From IMG/VR virus record IMGVR_UViG_3300030493_000012: a stretch of DNA of 64,000 nucleotides, one strand, 5' to 3'. This DNA comes from a virus. This document shows positions 17,663 through 27,316 of this stretch, piece by piece; the stretch's first letter is position 1; each line of letters starts with the position of its first letter. The position numbers and the translations under genes are program-made. The notes below the pieces were generated by a model that had not been told where the DNA came from, searched no databases, and was given only the letters and a program-made list of their open reading frames with translations.

Positions 17663-18510
17663 TTCTTGTAAGTTAAACTAACTACTGAATACCCATCTTT
17701 ATTAATAGAATATTCTTCTCTAATTAACATCATTTGAGGCAAGTTATAGTTCAAAACCGTAGCCTTGGTATTAAAATCTTTAACAATAACCGAAATATCT
17801 TCAAGAGGCTGTGTTACTGGATAATCTGTTGTGTTTCGAGGATTATAATCTTTGGCATACATCGAAACCTGAAAACCAAAAAGAACAGGCGGATTAAGTT
17901 TTACCTCACAAGGATATTTGCGGCCAACTTTGTAAACAGGATTTCTATTGACTTGAATATCTAAAGTATAACTTTGAATTGCGTCAGTTCCCCAAAGACT
18001 GCCGGAAACCTCAATTCCACCAAATCCAACCGTAACCAATGAGCCTGTAAAATAACCAGTATTAATAACTGAAATATCACTTGAAACTTTGCTATTTCCA
18101 TCAATATAACTCTGTGAAAAAGTCCCGGCATCACCAAAAGCAGTAATATCAACATCAATTTTCGGAACATCGCCAACCGAACAACTTGATTTATAAGTAT
18201 TTAGGTATCCAGAAGTAAAGCAAAAATTGTTGGAAATATCATTTCTTGATGTCAATAAATAACCATTAAACGCAGCATCGCCAGTTAACCCAATTAAATC
18301 GTCCTGATTAGTAAAAACAGAGGTTGAAATTGATGCTTCTATACTATTATTGCCAACTGGTAAAAATATGCCATTTTCGGAACCTAAACCTTGTACAAAT
18401 TCAGTATTTAGGTCATAAGACGCAGAATAACTTTGAAGTCCAGCTATTTGTGTTGAATTCAGAAATAACTGCCTCTCGCCTCTATCCAAAACCTTGGTAT
18501 TAATTGCCAT
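17659..18510 (-). CDS. tail-tube-like paralogue
   Basis: GLQSYSASYD, GYLNTYKSSCSVGDVP and IQSYTLDIQVNRNPVYKVGRKYP match the 383-aa and 476-aa proteins. Confidence 0.65.
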   Translation of the reverse strand: MAINTKVLDRGERQLFLNSTQIAGLQSYSASYDLNTEFVQGLGSENGIFLPVGNNSIEASISTSVFTNQDDLIGLTGDAAFNGYLLTSRNDISNNFCFTSGYLNTYKSSCSVGDVPKIDVDITAFGDAGTFSQSYIDGNSKVSSDISVINTGYFTGSLVTVGFGGIEVSGSLWGTDAIQSYTLDIQVNRNPVYKVGRKYPCEVKLNPPVLFGFQVSMYAKDYNPRNTTDYPVTQPLEDISVIVKDFNTKATVLNYNLPQMMLIREEYSINKDGYSVVSLTYKK

Positions 18511-18527
18511 GCGCCTTATCCTGCTTA

Positions 18528-18562
18528 TAATTACACGAAAAGCATAGTTGAAAAGTGTAATT
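18528..18562. promoter_or_regulatory. divergent pair of putative late-promoter motifs (GTGTAATTA on -, GTGTAATT on +)
   Basis: TAATTACAC at 18528-18536 and GTGTAATT at 18555-18562, between divergent genes 18510(-) and 18583(+). Confidence 0.7.
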
Positions 18563-18582
18563 TAAGGAAAGGAACAAGGTAT

Positions 18583-19107
18583 ATGGCCGGGTCAATTTAC
18601 AATATAGCGGAATGGTCAAGTTTGGCGACTTACGCAAAGCATTTTGTTGTTAAAAACAATAACAGCTATTATTATTCATTGCAAGACCACGTTGCAAGTG
18701 CTTCATTTTCGGCAGATTTAGGCAGCGGATTATGGGGCGGCTACATTACTGATTCTAATGGTGAATCAAAACCTTCATTTTTGTGGACTCCATCAATTAG
18801 TTCCGAAATTGCCGCCAACCCAAGAGTTAAAACCATTTCTTTTGGTGATGGATATTCACAAAGAACCAAAGATGGAATTAACAATAATTTGCTTTCTTTG
18901 CAATTAAGCTTTGATGGTCGAACCTTGATTGAGGCCAAGGCAATTTTGCACTTTTTGTACACCAGAGAAGGCGTCGAATCATTCCTTTGGACACCACCAG
19001 AGCCTTTCAATAAGCAAAAAAGATTCATTTGCAAAGAATTTCCTATGAGTACATCGTTCTTTGGGGCATATAATATTAGATGTACTTTTGAAGAAGTCGT
19101 GTCTTAA
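18583..19107 (+). CDS. lambda gpM-like minor (distal) tail protein
   Basis: F.WTP, RVKTISFGDGYSQR.KDGINN, and FL....GVESFLWTPP. Confidence 0.85.
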   Translation: MAGSIYNIAEWSSLATYAKHFVVKNNNSYYYSLQDHVASASFSADLGSGLWGGYITDSNGESKPSFLWTPSISSEIAANPRVKTISFGDGYSQRTKDGINNNLLSLQLSFDGRTLIEAKAILHFLYTREGVESFLWTPPEPFNKQKRFICKEFPMSTSFFGAYNIRCTFEEVVS

Positions 19108-19108
19108 A

Positions 19109-20116
19109 ATGGATAAATTAACCGCTCAAACAGCCAATAAAGTTTTAAGCTCGGAGATTATGTCTCTGAATCCGGCTACGCTTATTACTTTGTTTGAGAT
19201 TGACTTGTCGGAAATTGCTTTTGATATTGGTTTAGCCACAAACAATACCAATACTGTTTTTAGATTTCATAACAGTAATTTTCTCAGAGCAAAGAACTTA
19301 ATCTGGAAAGGCTTTGAATATCAAGCGGCTCCAATTATTGTTGAAGGTTATGAAATTTCAAGTCAAGGAACACCGCCAACTCCAAAATTGGCAATTTCAG
19401 TCAACGACCAAGGAATTCCCGGTTTGACGCAATTAAAACAATTGCTTAGACAAGTAGGCGATTTAACTGGAGCCAAAGTTACAAGAATTAGGACTTTTGC
19501 TAAATATCTTGACGCTCAAAATTTTATCAACAACGTTACGCCAGAACAGTTTGCGCCAAATTCTAATATTGAATTTCCAAGAGACATTTTTTATATTGAG
19601 CGCAAGTCACAAGAAAATAAAACAACCATAGAATATGAACTATCCTCTATTTTTGATTTGGAGAATGTTAAGTTGCCAGCTAGATTGGTTTTGGCTTCAA
19701 AATGCTCCTGTGTTTATCGCGGCAACGGATGTTTGTATGAATATGCATCAAGGCGCGTAAACACAACGCACGGAACACCTTCTGAGTCAAACCTGCCTTT
19801 ATTAGCGCCGCCAATCGCCAACAACAAAGATGAACTAATTAAAGATATTATTGGTGTTAATAGCCTAAAAGACAGGGGTAAATGGCAAAGAGACACTGTT
19901 TATTCAATTGGCGACAATATATTTATTGAAAAAAATGGAATTAAATACTATTTTGTAGCCAAGGTCAATAATCCTCAAAACGCGCCTCCAAATATTACAG
20001 AATGGGTGGCTGATGTTTGTTCCAAGACAGTAAAAGGATGCCGATTAAGATGGGGAAGAATTGATGACGGCGGCTTAATGTTTAATGGTTTTCCAGCAAC
20101 GAATAAGGCGGTCTAA
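19109..20116 (+). CDS. lambda gpL-like tail tip protein
   Basis: ITLFEIDL, FRFHN, WKG..Y.AAPI..EG, DLTGAKVTRIRTFAKYLD, YELSS.FD, Cys ligands C.CVYRGNGC.Y and DVCSK...GC, and F.GFP. Confidence 0.9.
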   Translation: MDKLTAQTANKVLSSEIMSLNPATLITLFEIDLSEIAFDIGLATNNTNTVFRFHNSNFLRAKNLIWKGFEYQAAPIIVEGYEISSQGTPPTPKLAISVNDQGIPGLTQLKQLLRQVGDLTGAKVTRIRTFAKYLDAQNFINNVTPEQFAPNSNIEFPRDIFYIERKSQENKTTIEYELSSIFDLENVKLPARLVLASKCSCVYRGNGCLYEYASRRVNTTHGTPSESNLPLLAPPIANNKDELIKDIIGVNSLKDRGKWQRDTVYSIGDNIFIEKNGIKYYFVAKVNNPQNAPPNITEWVADVCSKTVKGCRLRWGRIDDGGLMFNGFPATNKAV

Positions 20117-20856
20117 TGCTTACATCACCTGAAATTTTAGACAAAATAGAAGAACATGCTAGACAAGATGTTAGGCGCGAGTGTTGTGGCTTGATTTTAG
20201 AAAGCGTTGATGGCGCGGTTTTTACCATGCCTTGTAATAATGTAGCTAAAGATTCAACTCACGAATTTCAAATTAAAGATTCAGACATTATCTTTGCTGA
20301 AACTTTTGGTAAAATTAAGGCTTATTATCATTCACACCCAAAAACCTGCAAACTTTCGCTACACGACAAGATTATCAGTAATCAAAACAAGTTTCCGGCT
20401 GTAGTTTATTATTGTCCAATTAATCAGTTCGAAGTTTATTATCCAAGCAAAGACCATAAAGAATACTTATTCAGAGAATTTCAATTGGGCAAAAACGATT
20501 GTTTTAGTTTGGTTCGAGATTTCTTTTTGCAAGAGTATGGAATTGTAATTTCGGACTATCCAAGAGTTGAAAAGTGGTTCTCTAAATATCCAAATTTAAT
20601 AACCGACAATTTTACAAAAGAAGGTTTTGATAGAGCGCATATTGGTTCGGTTAAAGATTTTAGAGTCCTGCAAGAGGCCGATGTTATTCTTTTGAACACA
20701 ATAGGCAATAAATATCCTGTTCACATGGCCGTTTATCTTGGTTCTGGATTAATAATGCACCATCCAAGAGACCAATATTCTTGTATTGAAAAATACTCCA
20801 GAGTTTTTCAAAGAATGACTAAATTAGTAGTTCGACACAAAAGTTTATGTTTTTAA
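20116..20856 (+). CDS. lambda gpK-like tail assembly protein (JAB/MPN plus NlpC/P60)
   Basis: ECCGLI, YHSHP..SLHD (JAB); DCFSLVRDF...H.AVYLG.G.IMHH (NlpC/P60). Confidence 0.9.
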   Translation: MLTSPEILDKIEEHARQDVRRECCGLILESVDGAVFTMPCNNVAKDSTHEFQIKDSDIIFAETFGKIKAYYHSHPKTCKLSLHDKIISNQNKFPAVVYYCPINQFEVYYPSKDHKEYLFREFQLGKNDCFSLVRDFFLQEYGIVISDYPRVEKWFSKYPNLITDNFTKEGFDRAHIGSVKDFRVLQEADVILLNTIGNKYPVHMAVYLGSGLIMHHPRDQYSCIEKYSRVFQRMTKLVVRHKSLCF

Positions 20857-23264
20857 GTCCAGAAATTAAGAAAAATATCCAGAATCATGCTTATGAAAAG
20901 CGCGGCTCTGTAGTTTGTGGTTTGATTGTTGATACTGGTCATAACCTTTTAAGCTATGAAATTACTCTTTTTGACGCCAAATTCTTTCTTGTTTCGCCTG
21001 TTGATTTAGCAAACGCTTCAAGGTTGGGCAAAATAGTTGGAATTTATCGCTCTAATATTGACAAATTTAGTCAATTTTCTGATTTAGATATTAAGACCGC
21101 CAAAACCTTAAAATGTCCAATTATTGTCTATGACTTTTCCGATTTCAACGTTTTTGAGCCGGAAATTGAAAAAGATGGATTAGTAAAAATTACTTTGCAT
21201 GGAAAATTAGGAGAAAGCATTGGCAAAACTTGGAGACTGGCTGTTAATAGTGTTTCTGAGGCTGTTCGAGCCATCGAAATGAACAGTAAAAGAAAATTGT
21301 TCAAATTTTTGTATAACAATGATAAGTTTGGCCTGAAATACAGAGTTTTGATTAATGGGAATGACTTTTTGTATTCAGAATTACCAACAATTGACAAATT
21401 AAATACCATAACAGATTCAGAATTAGCTTGCCATATTGAAGATTTAAAGACTATAGATATTATTCCTGTAATGGAAGGCGCGGACAAAATAGGTGGAATT
21501 ATTGGCACTGTTTTGGGCGTAATTTTGATTGTGGTTGGCATTATTCTTATGGTTACGCCAGCTACCGCTCCGCTAGGACTTGGAATTATTATGGCCGGTC
21601 TTGGTCTTGTGGCGGCAGGCGTCATTAATCTTCTCTCTAAACCTCCTAACGGCGGCGATTTTCGAGAAATAGAAAACGCACAAGGCAGAACTTCTTATTT
21701 ATTTAATGGCCCTGAAAATGTAACCAAAGAAGGCGGGCCTGTTCCGCTTGGTTATGGTAGGTTGTTGGTTGGAAGCCAAGTAATTTCCGCCTCTTATATT
21801 GTCAAAAACATTAGCGCCGATATTGGCTCTGATAAGAAATACGACCCCGGCTTTTTTGATACCAGTGTCAATTATGAAATTAATGCTGTCGGCTCTAATA
21901 GATACAAAGCCTCTTATAAAGGAACATCAGCCAAACCAAGCGGATGGGTTTCAGAGCTAGTTCCTATAGAGACTTCTGACATAACATACCAGTATGTTTC
22001 GAATGTTTTCGTTTCGGATTCGTATATCTATCTTATTGTTATTATTTTATTTAAAAATGGAAATGTTTCTAGCATAACAGGTGGCGCTACCACAGAAGCA
22101 TTGACCGTAAAACACAGATACTTGGTTAGGAAATCCCTGTCGGCAACTATCACAGATAAGTTTGAGGCCGTCGCTTATTTATCAGATTGCGATATAAATG
22201 ATTTAATAACACGCGCCAGCGCATTTACACAAAGTTTTGCAACGATAGACAATCCAATTACAGCATTATCAGTATTAGAAACAACCGTCCAAACATCAAT
22301 ATTAATGGCACCGGCGAGACCATTGTTGCCAGAATCCAAGCAGTACGATATAACACAAGCAGGAAACGCTGATTCTAACTATACCAGACTTTCTGGTAAG
22401 ATTTATAAAATTTTGGCCGACAAAGAAAATAACTATTTCTACTATGTTGGAAATTTTCCTAAAACAGCCTCTTATACAGGATTAATCGCCAAAGCACAAA
22501 TTAATGGAAATCTATTTACAACAGCCTCTTTCGGAGCTAGTAATCTCTATGATTATTCAGCCTCGGCTTGTGGGATTGTAGATATTTGCAAGGCAGGAAA
22601 CGATTTGATTGTATCTGGATATTTCTACAACGGCTCTAATTTCTTTAATATTGCAGTTTTAGATGCCAATGGTAATGTCATAAGCACAACAGCGCCAACT
22701 TTTGTGGCGATTCCTGGTTTCGCATATCCATTGATTAAAAGTGTATATTTTGATAGCGCGAGCAATTATGTTTATATAGCTGGTGATTTCGTCATTGACG
22801 GAACGCCACAGTATAAAAACGCGGCCAGATTAACCTTTAATACATCAACTAGAGCGTTAGCCGTTGACACTTCTTGGATTTGTCCGTTTAATGGTGCTCT
22901 GGCCACAAACCACGATTTGGCAGTTGACACTATCAATGTTGTAACTCAGCAAATTTCGGATAAAAAACTCCTGTTTGGTGGCAGATTCGCAATTTTAGCC
23001 AAAGAAGGTCAAGAAGCAGCTTATTCTAGCTACCGAGGATTGTTAAGAACCAACGAAGATGGTAGCTATGATAATACTTTTAATGCCGGAATTGAGAAAT
23101 CTAAAGTTGGAACTGAAAATTCCATCAATTTCGTGAAAGTGACAGAAGCGGCGGGAAGTCAATACGCTGGCCAAATCTTTATCGGTGGCGACTTCACAGA
23201 ATATAATGACTCCACCAACAAAAACTTTGCAATTTTAACCAATGGAACCTATGGACGAACTTAA
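20847..23264 (+). CDS. lambda gpI-like tail assembly protein fused to a degenerate JAB domain (N) and a beta-propeller-like repeat region (C)
   Basis: LHGKLGESIG..W.L.V.SVSEAVRAI, IDIIPVMEG, a hydrophobic Gly-rich segment, SYLFNGP.N...GGPVPLGYGRLLVGSQVISA, and C-terminal KLLFGGRF/IFIGGDFT.YN repeats. Confidence 0.8.
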   Translation: MFLSPEIKKNIQNHAYEKRGSVVCGLIVDTGHNLLSYEITLFDAKFFLVSPVDLANASRLGKIVGIYRSNIDKFSQFSDLDIKTAKTLKCPIIVYDFSDFNVFEPEIEKDGLVKITLHGKLGESIGKTWRLAVNSVSEAVRAIEMNSKRKLFKFLYNNDKFGLKYRVLINGNDFLYSELPTIDKLNTITDSELACHIEDLKTIDIIPVMEGADKIGGIIGTVLGVILIVVGIILMVTPATAPLGLGIIMAGLGLVAAGVINLLSKPPNGGDFREIENAQGRTSYLFNGPENVTKEGGPVPLGYGRLLVGSQVISASYIVKNISADIGSDKKYDPGFFDTSVNYEINAVGSNRYKASYKGTSAKPSGWVSELVPIETSDITYQYVSNVFVSDSYIYLIVIILFKNGNVSSITGGATTEALTVKHRYLVRKSLSATITDKFEAVAYLSDCDINDLITRASAFTQSFATIDNPITALSVLETTVQTSILMAPARPLLPESKQYDITQAGNADSNYTRLSGKIYKILADKENNYFYYVGNFPKTASYTGLIAKAQINGNLFTTASFGASNLYDYSASACGIVDICKAGNDLIVSGYFYNGSNFFNIAVLDANGNVISTTAPTFVAIPGFAYPLIKSVYFDSASNYVYIAGDFVIDGTPQYKNAARLTFNTSTRALAVDTSWICPFNGALATNHDLAVDTINVVTQQISDKKLLFGGRFAILAKEGQEAAYSSYRGLLRTNEDGSYDNTFNAGIEKSKVGTENSINFVKVTEAAGSQYAGQIFIGGDFTEYNDSTNKNFAILTNGTYGRT

Positions 23265-26200
23265 AAGATATATTTTTCAAGGTTCTGAGGAAGTTCCAGA
23301 AGGAGCCATTAATGAAGTTGATGAGCGAGGTCAACAGTTGCCAAGCGGCGCTCTTTCTTCTACTGATATTGAGGTTTTGGATTTAATTTCAGAAGGGCCG
23401 ATTGCTGGATTAGTAAGCGGCGAATACAAATTCTCTGGAATTGCTGGCGAAGTTGGCTATAGAACAGCAACTTTTACCGCTTATTCTGATGCTCCAAATT
23501 TGGAAGGAGTTAACTTTCTGCGCTCAGTTTATTGGAATGAAGTGCCAGTCATTAATTCAGCTAATAAATTTAATTTCCAAAGAGTTGATGTTTCTTATAC
23601 TCACGGAATTGCAAATGGCTCTTATGTCAATCAGCAGCAACCAGAATTAACAGTCAGCCGAACAATTTCAGAGCGCCTTTTCGGAACAGAGCTAAATGCA
23701 TCCGGCGAATCATCTTTAAGTACCGATTATACTAAATATTATAGAATCTTAAACAAAGACTGCAAAGGCGCAATCATTAATATTAAAGTTGGCAGGCTGG
23801 CGGCGACAAATACAGATTCCGGCGAAATGGAAAGAGCGGCAATTGAATATCGTGTCTATTATAAGCCAATTTTTACCTACAATACCTCGTTTTCGACTAA
23901 TTATATTCTTGGTAAAGTAGATAAAATAGAGGGCAAAATCAACTATGGATTCGTAAAATCAACCAGAGTTGACTTTTTCGTGCCAAATGACATGCCTTTT
24001 GATTTTATTGGCTGGGAAATTAAGCTTGTTCGTGTTACACCCGATTCATTGTCAAGCATGTTGGCCAACCAAACAACGGTTGATTCTTTGACTGAAATCT
24101 ACGCTGACAAATTTTTATATCCAAACTCTGCAATAGTAAGGTCAAGATTTAATGCTCAGTTTTTCGCGCAAGTTCCGGCTAGAGCGTTTGACGCTAAATT
24201 AAGAAAAGTCCAAATTCCAAGCAATTACGAGCCAATAACCAAAACATATATTGAAGGCGAGCAAGGTTGGGATGGAACTTTTGCAGAAAGCGAACAATGG
24301 ACAGATAATCCAGCTTGGTGTTATCAAGATTTAGTCAAAAACCCTCGATACGGTCTTTCTAAATTCATTCCAAATTTAACTATTGACAAATGGAGCCTTT
24401 ATGAAGTTGCAAAGTATTGCGACACATTGGTTTATGATGGATATGGCGGCTTGGAACCAAGATTTGCTTGCAATTTAATCATCAATACCAGAGAGGACGC
24501 CTATAAAGTCTTAAATGACATGGCCTCAATATTTCGTGGCATAACTTATTACTCACAAGGCACAGTTTTTGCGGTTCAAGACACAGAAAAAGAGCCGATT
24601 GTTTTGTTTAATAATTCAAATGTCGAAAATGGCGACTTTCATTATTCTTCTAGCGCCAAAAGAGCGCGACATACAGTTGCAATTGTCAGATACAATGACA
24701 AAACCAATTTTTTCAAGCCTGCTTTGGAATATGTAGAAGATTTAGATGGTATTCGGCGCTATGGTATTAAAGAGTTAGACATGACCGCTTTTGGATGCAC
24801 TAGTAAAGGCCAAGCTATTCGGTTAGGACGTTGGGCCTTGCTAACAGAAACGCTGGAAACCGAGACTTGTTCGTTTGTGGCTGGCCTTGAGGCTAATTAC
24901 CTAAGACCGGGCGATGTATTCAAAATCTTTGACCAAAATCGCAAAAATACAAGATTTGCAGGTAGATTATATTCAACCGATATTACTGGCGATGCTGGAG
25001 CTTTGACTTTAGATTGTGCGCTGCCATCTCTGAGCACAAATACCATTTATAAAATCGAACTGATGGCTCCAAGTTACAATTATGACCCCGTAACCACAAC
25101 AGACTTAACAAGTTCTGATGTTTCTGGAGTTCGCCACTCTTTACTTCAAACTGTTTATTTTACAGGTTATTCTACAGGACTACATTCTACATTAAATTCA
25201 ACAGTCAATATTCCTTATGGTTTAGATTTAGATAGTTTTAACTTTACAAAGCCAGATTCTGTGATTTGGAGCATTTCGCCATCTGGAACTTTAACAGAAG
25301 ACCAGTCTAGTCAATTTTCTAGTGATGATTATGACTTGTTCCGCTGCATTAACATCAAAGAAAATGAAGTTCATAAATACGAAATCACGGCTTTACAATA
25401 TTCTCCACAAAAGTATATTGAAATCGAATCTGGACTAAACTTTGAACGCAGTATTTCAACTTATAAAATCCAACCTGTTGCACCACAAGACTTAATAGTT
25501 TATCCACAGGCTGGAAGCGCAAATAAAGCCAGTTTAGAGTATTCCTTTACTGTGCCTAATTATGCTGGAATTAATAGTTTTAATGTTTATGTCAAAAAAG
25601 ATAATTGGGCCGATACGACTGTTCCAAGCGACAATTATTTAGCTGCGATTTTACCTTACAATGTTACCTCTGATACCTTTATTCCGGCTGAAACAGGCAA
25701 TTATTTCTTCAAAGTTTATTCTGTAAATAACGAAGCTAATATTTTGTCAAATAGCGCAGCTACAGGTTGGGTACGAGTTTCAGATATGTTTCCAGTCAAG
25801 GACATTATTATTAATTCTTTGAAATTGGAATCTGATATTGTGCCTAATTTACAAGGAACCAGATTAACAGGTGAATATTTTACTGACAGCCCAACTTTTA
25901 CATGGCAAGCTGGCACTAATAATGATAATTCATTACCTTCCTCTTTTAAATATAGAGTTAGCATTAGGCCGACTAATAATTCTAATGTACCATCTTCAAC
26001 TATTTTGTTCAGCAAAAATAATGTAGCGCCAGAATCTTCTTTGTTGAAATATACTTTTGACTTTGACGATAATAAAAACACAATTGGCGGGCCATATAGA
26101 GAATATGATGTTGTAGTTGAGGCTATTGATACTAATGGTTTGACTTCGGCTGGTAATTCTGTCAATTTAACAACTAATGTTGCAACTGAAATCTGGAATA

Positions 26201-26853
26201 CTGCCAGTTTGAACGCTAATGGTTATGATATTCTGAGTATTTTGAACAATAAACCAAGTGGTTTTTATCTATCACCAACTGGCAATGCCGTTAAATATGC
26301 AAATTATGCTACAAGACAATGGATTGATGGTAATGGTACAATTTTCGGCGCTTTTGTTAGTGGAAATATACCTACAGACATAGTTGGTGGCTTTGGATTT
26401 TATAGCACAGGTTTGATTACGGGATTAGAAGCAGTAACAGGCTCACCTTCTAATTATCAAATTTATACAGGCGAATTTTCTTATGATTCATTGTCACAAG
26501 CGTTTCAAATACCGCCAGCTAAGAATTTAGACCTAGAATCTTCATTGCAACTGGCTAAAACAGGTTATTTAGTGGTTAGTTTGTATGACTCTTTTGACGA
26601 AGAGGTTAAAGATGATTATTTAGCCACGCCAACAGGCAAATTGTATTTTCTAAGTGGTTTATACAGAACAAATCCCGGTCGTTTTAATTCAAAAAGCTAT
26701 GTTAGCACAATTAATGCTGGCGAACTAATGACAATTCACAATGCTGGCGACCAAACAGAATATGCTGGATTTAAGGTTATTAATAATGGCACAAATTGGA
26801 TATTAAAATCTGTTGATGAGGATGGCAACGAGTATATAATCGGAACTAAATAA
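23242..26853 (+). CDS. lambda gpJ-like central tail tip / host-specificity protein
   Basis: DLISEGPI.GLV, YPNSA, KVQIPSNY, WDGTF..W.DNPAW, DKWSLY..AKYCD, EPRF.CN, GCTSKGQA.RLGRW.L.TE, RPGD, plus an FN3-like region. Confidence 0.92.
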   Translation: MEPMDELKRYIFQGSEEVPEGAINEVDERGQQLPSGALSSTDIEVLDLISEGPIAGLVSGEYKFSGIAGEVGYRTATFTAYSDAPNLEGVNFLRSVYWNEVPVINSANKFNFQRVDVSYTHGIANGSYVNQQQPELTVSRTISERLFGTELNASGESSLSTDYTKYYRILNKDCKGAIINIKVGRLAATNTDSGEMERAAIEYRVYYKPIFTYNTSFSTNYILGKVDKIEGKINYGFVKSTRVDFFVPNDMPFDFIGWEIKLVRVTPDSLSSMLANQTTVDSLTEIYADKFLYPNSAIVRSRFNAQFFAQVPARAFDAKLRKVQIPSNYEPITKTYIEGEQGWDGTFAESEQWTDNPAWCYQDLVKNPRYGLSKFIPNLTIDKWSLYEVAKYCDTLVYDGYGGLEPRFACNLIINTREDAYKVLNDMASIFRGITYYSQGTVFAVQDTEKEPIVLFNNSNVENGDFHYSSSAKRARHTVAIVRYNDKTNFFKPALEYVEDLDGIRRYGIKELDMTAFGCTSKGQAIRLGRWALLTETLETETCSFVAGLEANYLRPGDVFKIFDQNRKNTRFAGRLYSTDITGDAGALTLDCALPSLSTNTIYKIELMAPSYNYDPVTTTDLTSSDVSGVRHSLLQTVYFTGYSTGLHSTLNSTVNIPYGLDLDSFNFTKPDSVIWSISPSGTLTEDQSSQFSSDDYDLFRCINIKENEVHKYEITALQYSPQKYIEIESGLNFERSISTYKIQPVAPQDLIVYPQAGSANKASLEYSFTVPNYAGINSFNVYVKKDNWADTTVPSDNYLAAILPYNVTSDTFIPAETGNYFFKVYSVNNEANILSNSAATGWVRVSDMFPVKDIIINSLKLESDIVPNLQGTRLTGEYFTDSPTFTWQAGTNNDNSLPSSFKYRVSIRPTNNSNVPSSTILFSKNNVAPESSLLKYTFDFDDNKNTIGGPYREYDVVVEAIDTNGLTSAGNSVNLTTNVATEIWNTASLNANGYDILSILNNKPSGFYLSPTGNAVKYANYATRQWIDGNGTIFGAFVSGNIPTDIVGGFGFYSTGLITGLEAVTGSPSNYQIYTGEFSYDSLSQAFQIPPAKNLDLESSLQLAKTGYLVVSLYDSFDEEVKDDYLATPTGKLYFLSGLYRTNPGRFNSKSYVSTINAGELMTIHNAGDQTEYAGFKVINNGTNWILKSVDEDGNEYIIGTK

Positions 26854-26854
26854 T

Positions 26855-27316
26855 ATGGTTACAAGATACGCAGGCGACAAATTTACAGCATTATCTTCTG
26901 ATACATTTCCAACAAATGTGGCTGATGGTGCGACTTTGCATACACTAGATACCTTCCAAATTTACACAAAACAAAGCAATGTTTGGAATTTGTCGGCGGC
27001 AACTGGATTAAATCAAATTTCTAGCGGCAATATTCTAGCCAAGGTTAATACCAATAACGAGGCTTTCAAGGTTGTTAGCGGCTCAAGTAACCTATTTACA
27101 ATTTCACCAGCCGGAAACGCTCAAATAACAGGACAAATGTTTGTTTCTGGTGATATTTCAACAAATACAAACGTTATAGCTCAATATTTTACAGCACAAG
27201 GCTCCCAAGGATTTGATGGTTCGATAGCTGTAATAACCAGCATTGATTTTGGAGCACAGACTTTCGGAACAAATACTCTTTATTTTAAAGGTGGTATTTG
27301 TTATAATATAACTTAA
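26855..27316 (+). CDS. putative small virion/fibre-associated protein
   Basis: 153-aa, beta-rich ORF 1 nt after the gpJ stop. Confidence 0.55.
   Translation: MVTRYAGDKFTALSSDTFPTNVADGATLHTLDTFQIYTKQSNVWNLSAATGLNQISSGNILAKVNTNNEAFKVVSGSSNLFTISPAGNAQITGQMFVSGDISTNTNVIAQYFTAQGSQGFDGSIAVITSIDFGAQTFGTNTLYFKGGICYNIT

Noticed and set aside
18528-27316. Invertase-switched tail cassette
   Set aside because: No matching inverted repeat at the right boundary and no invertase gene in the window.
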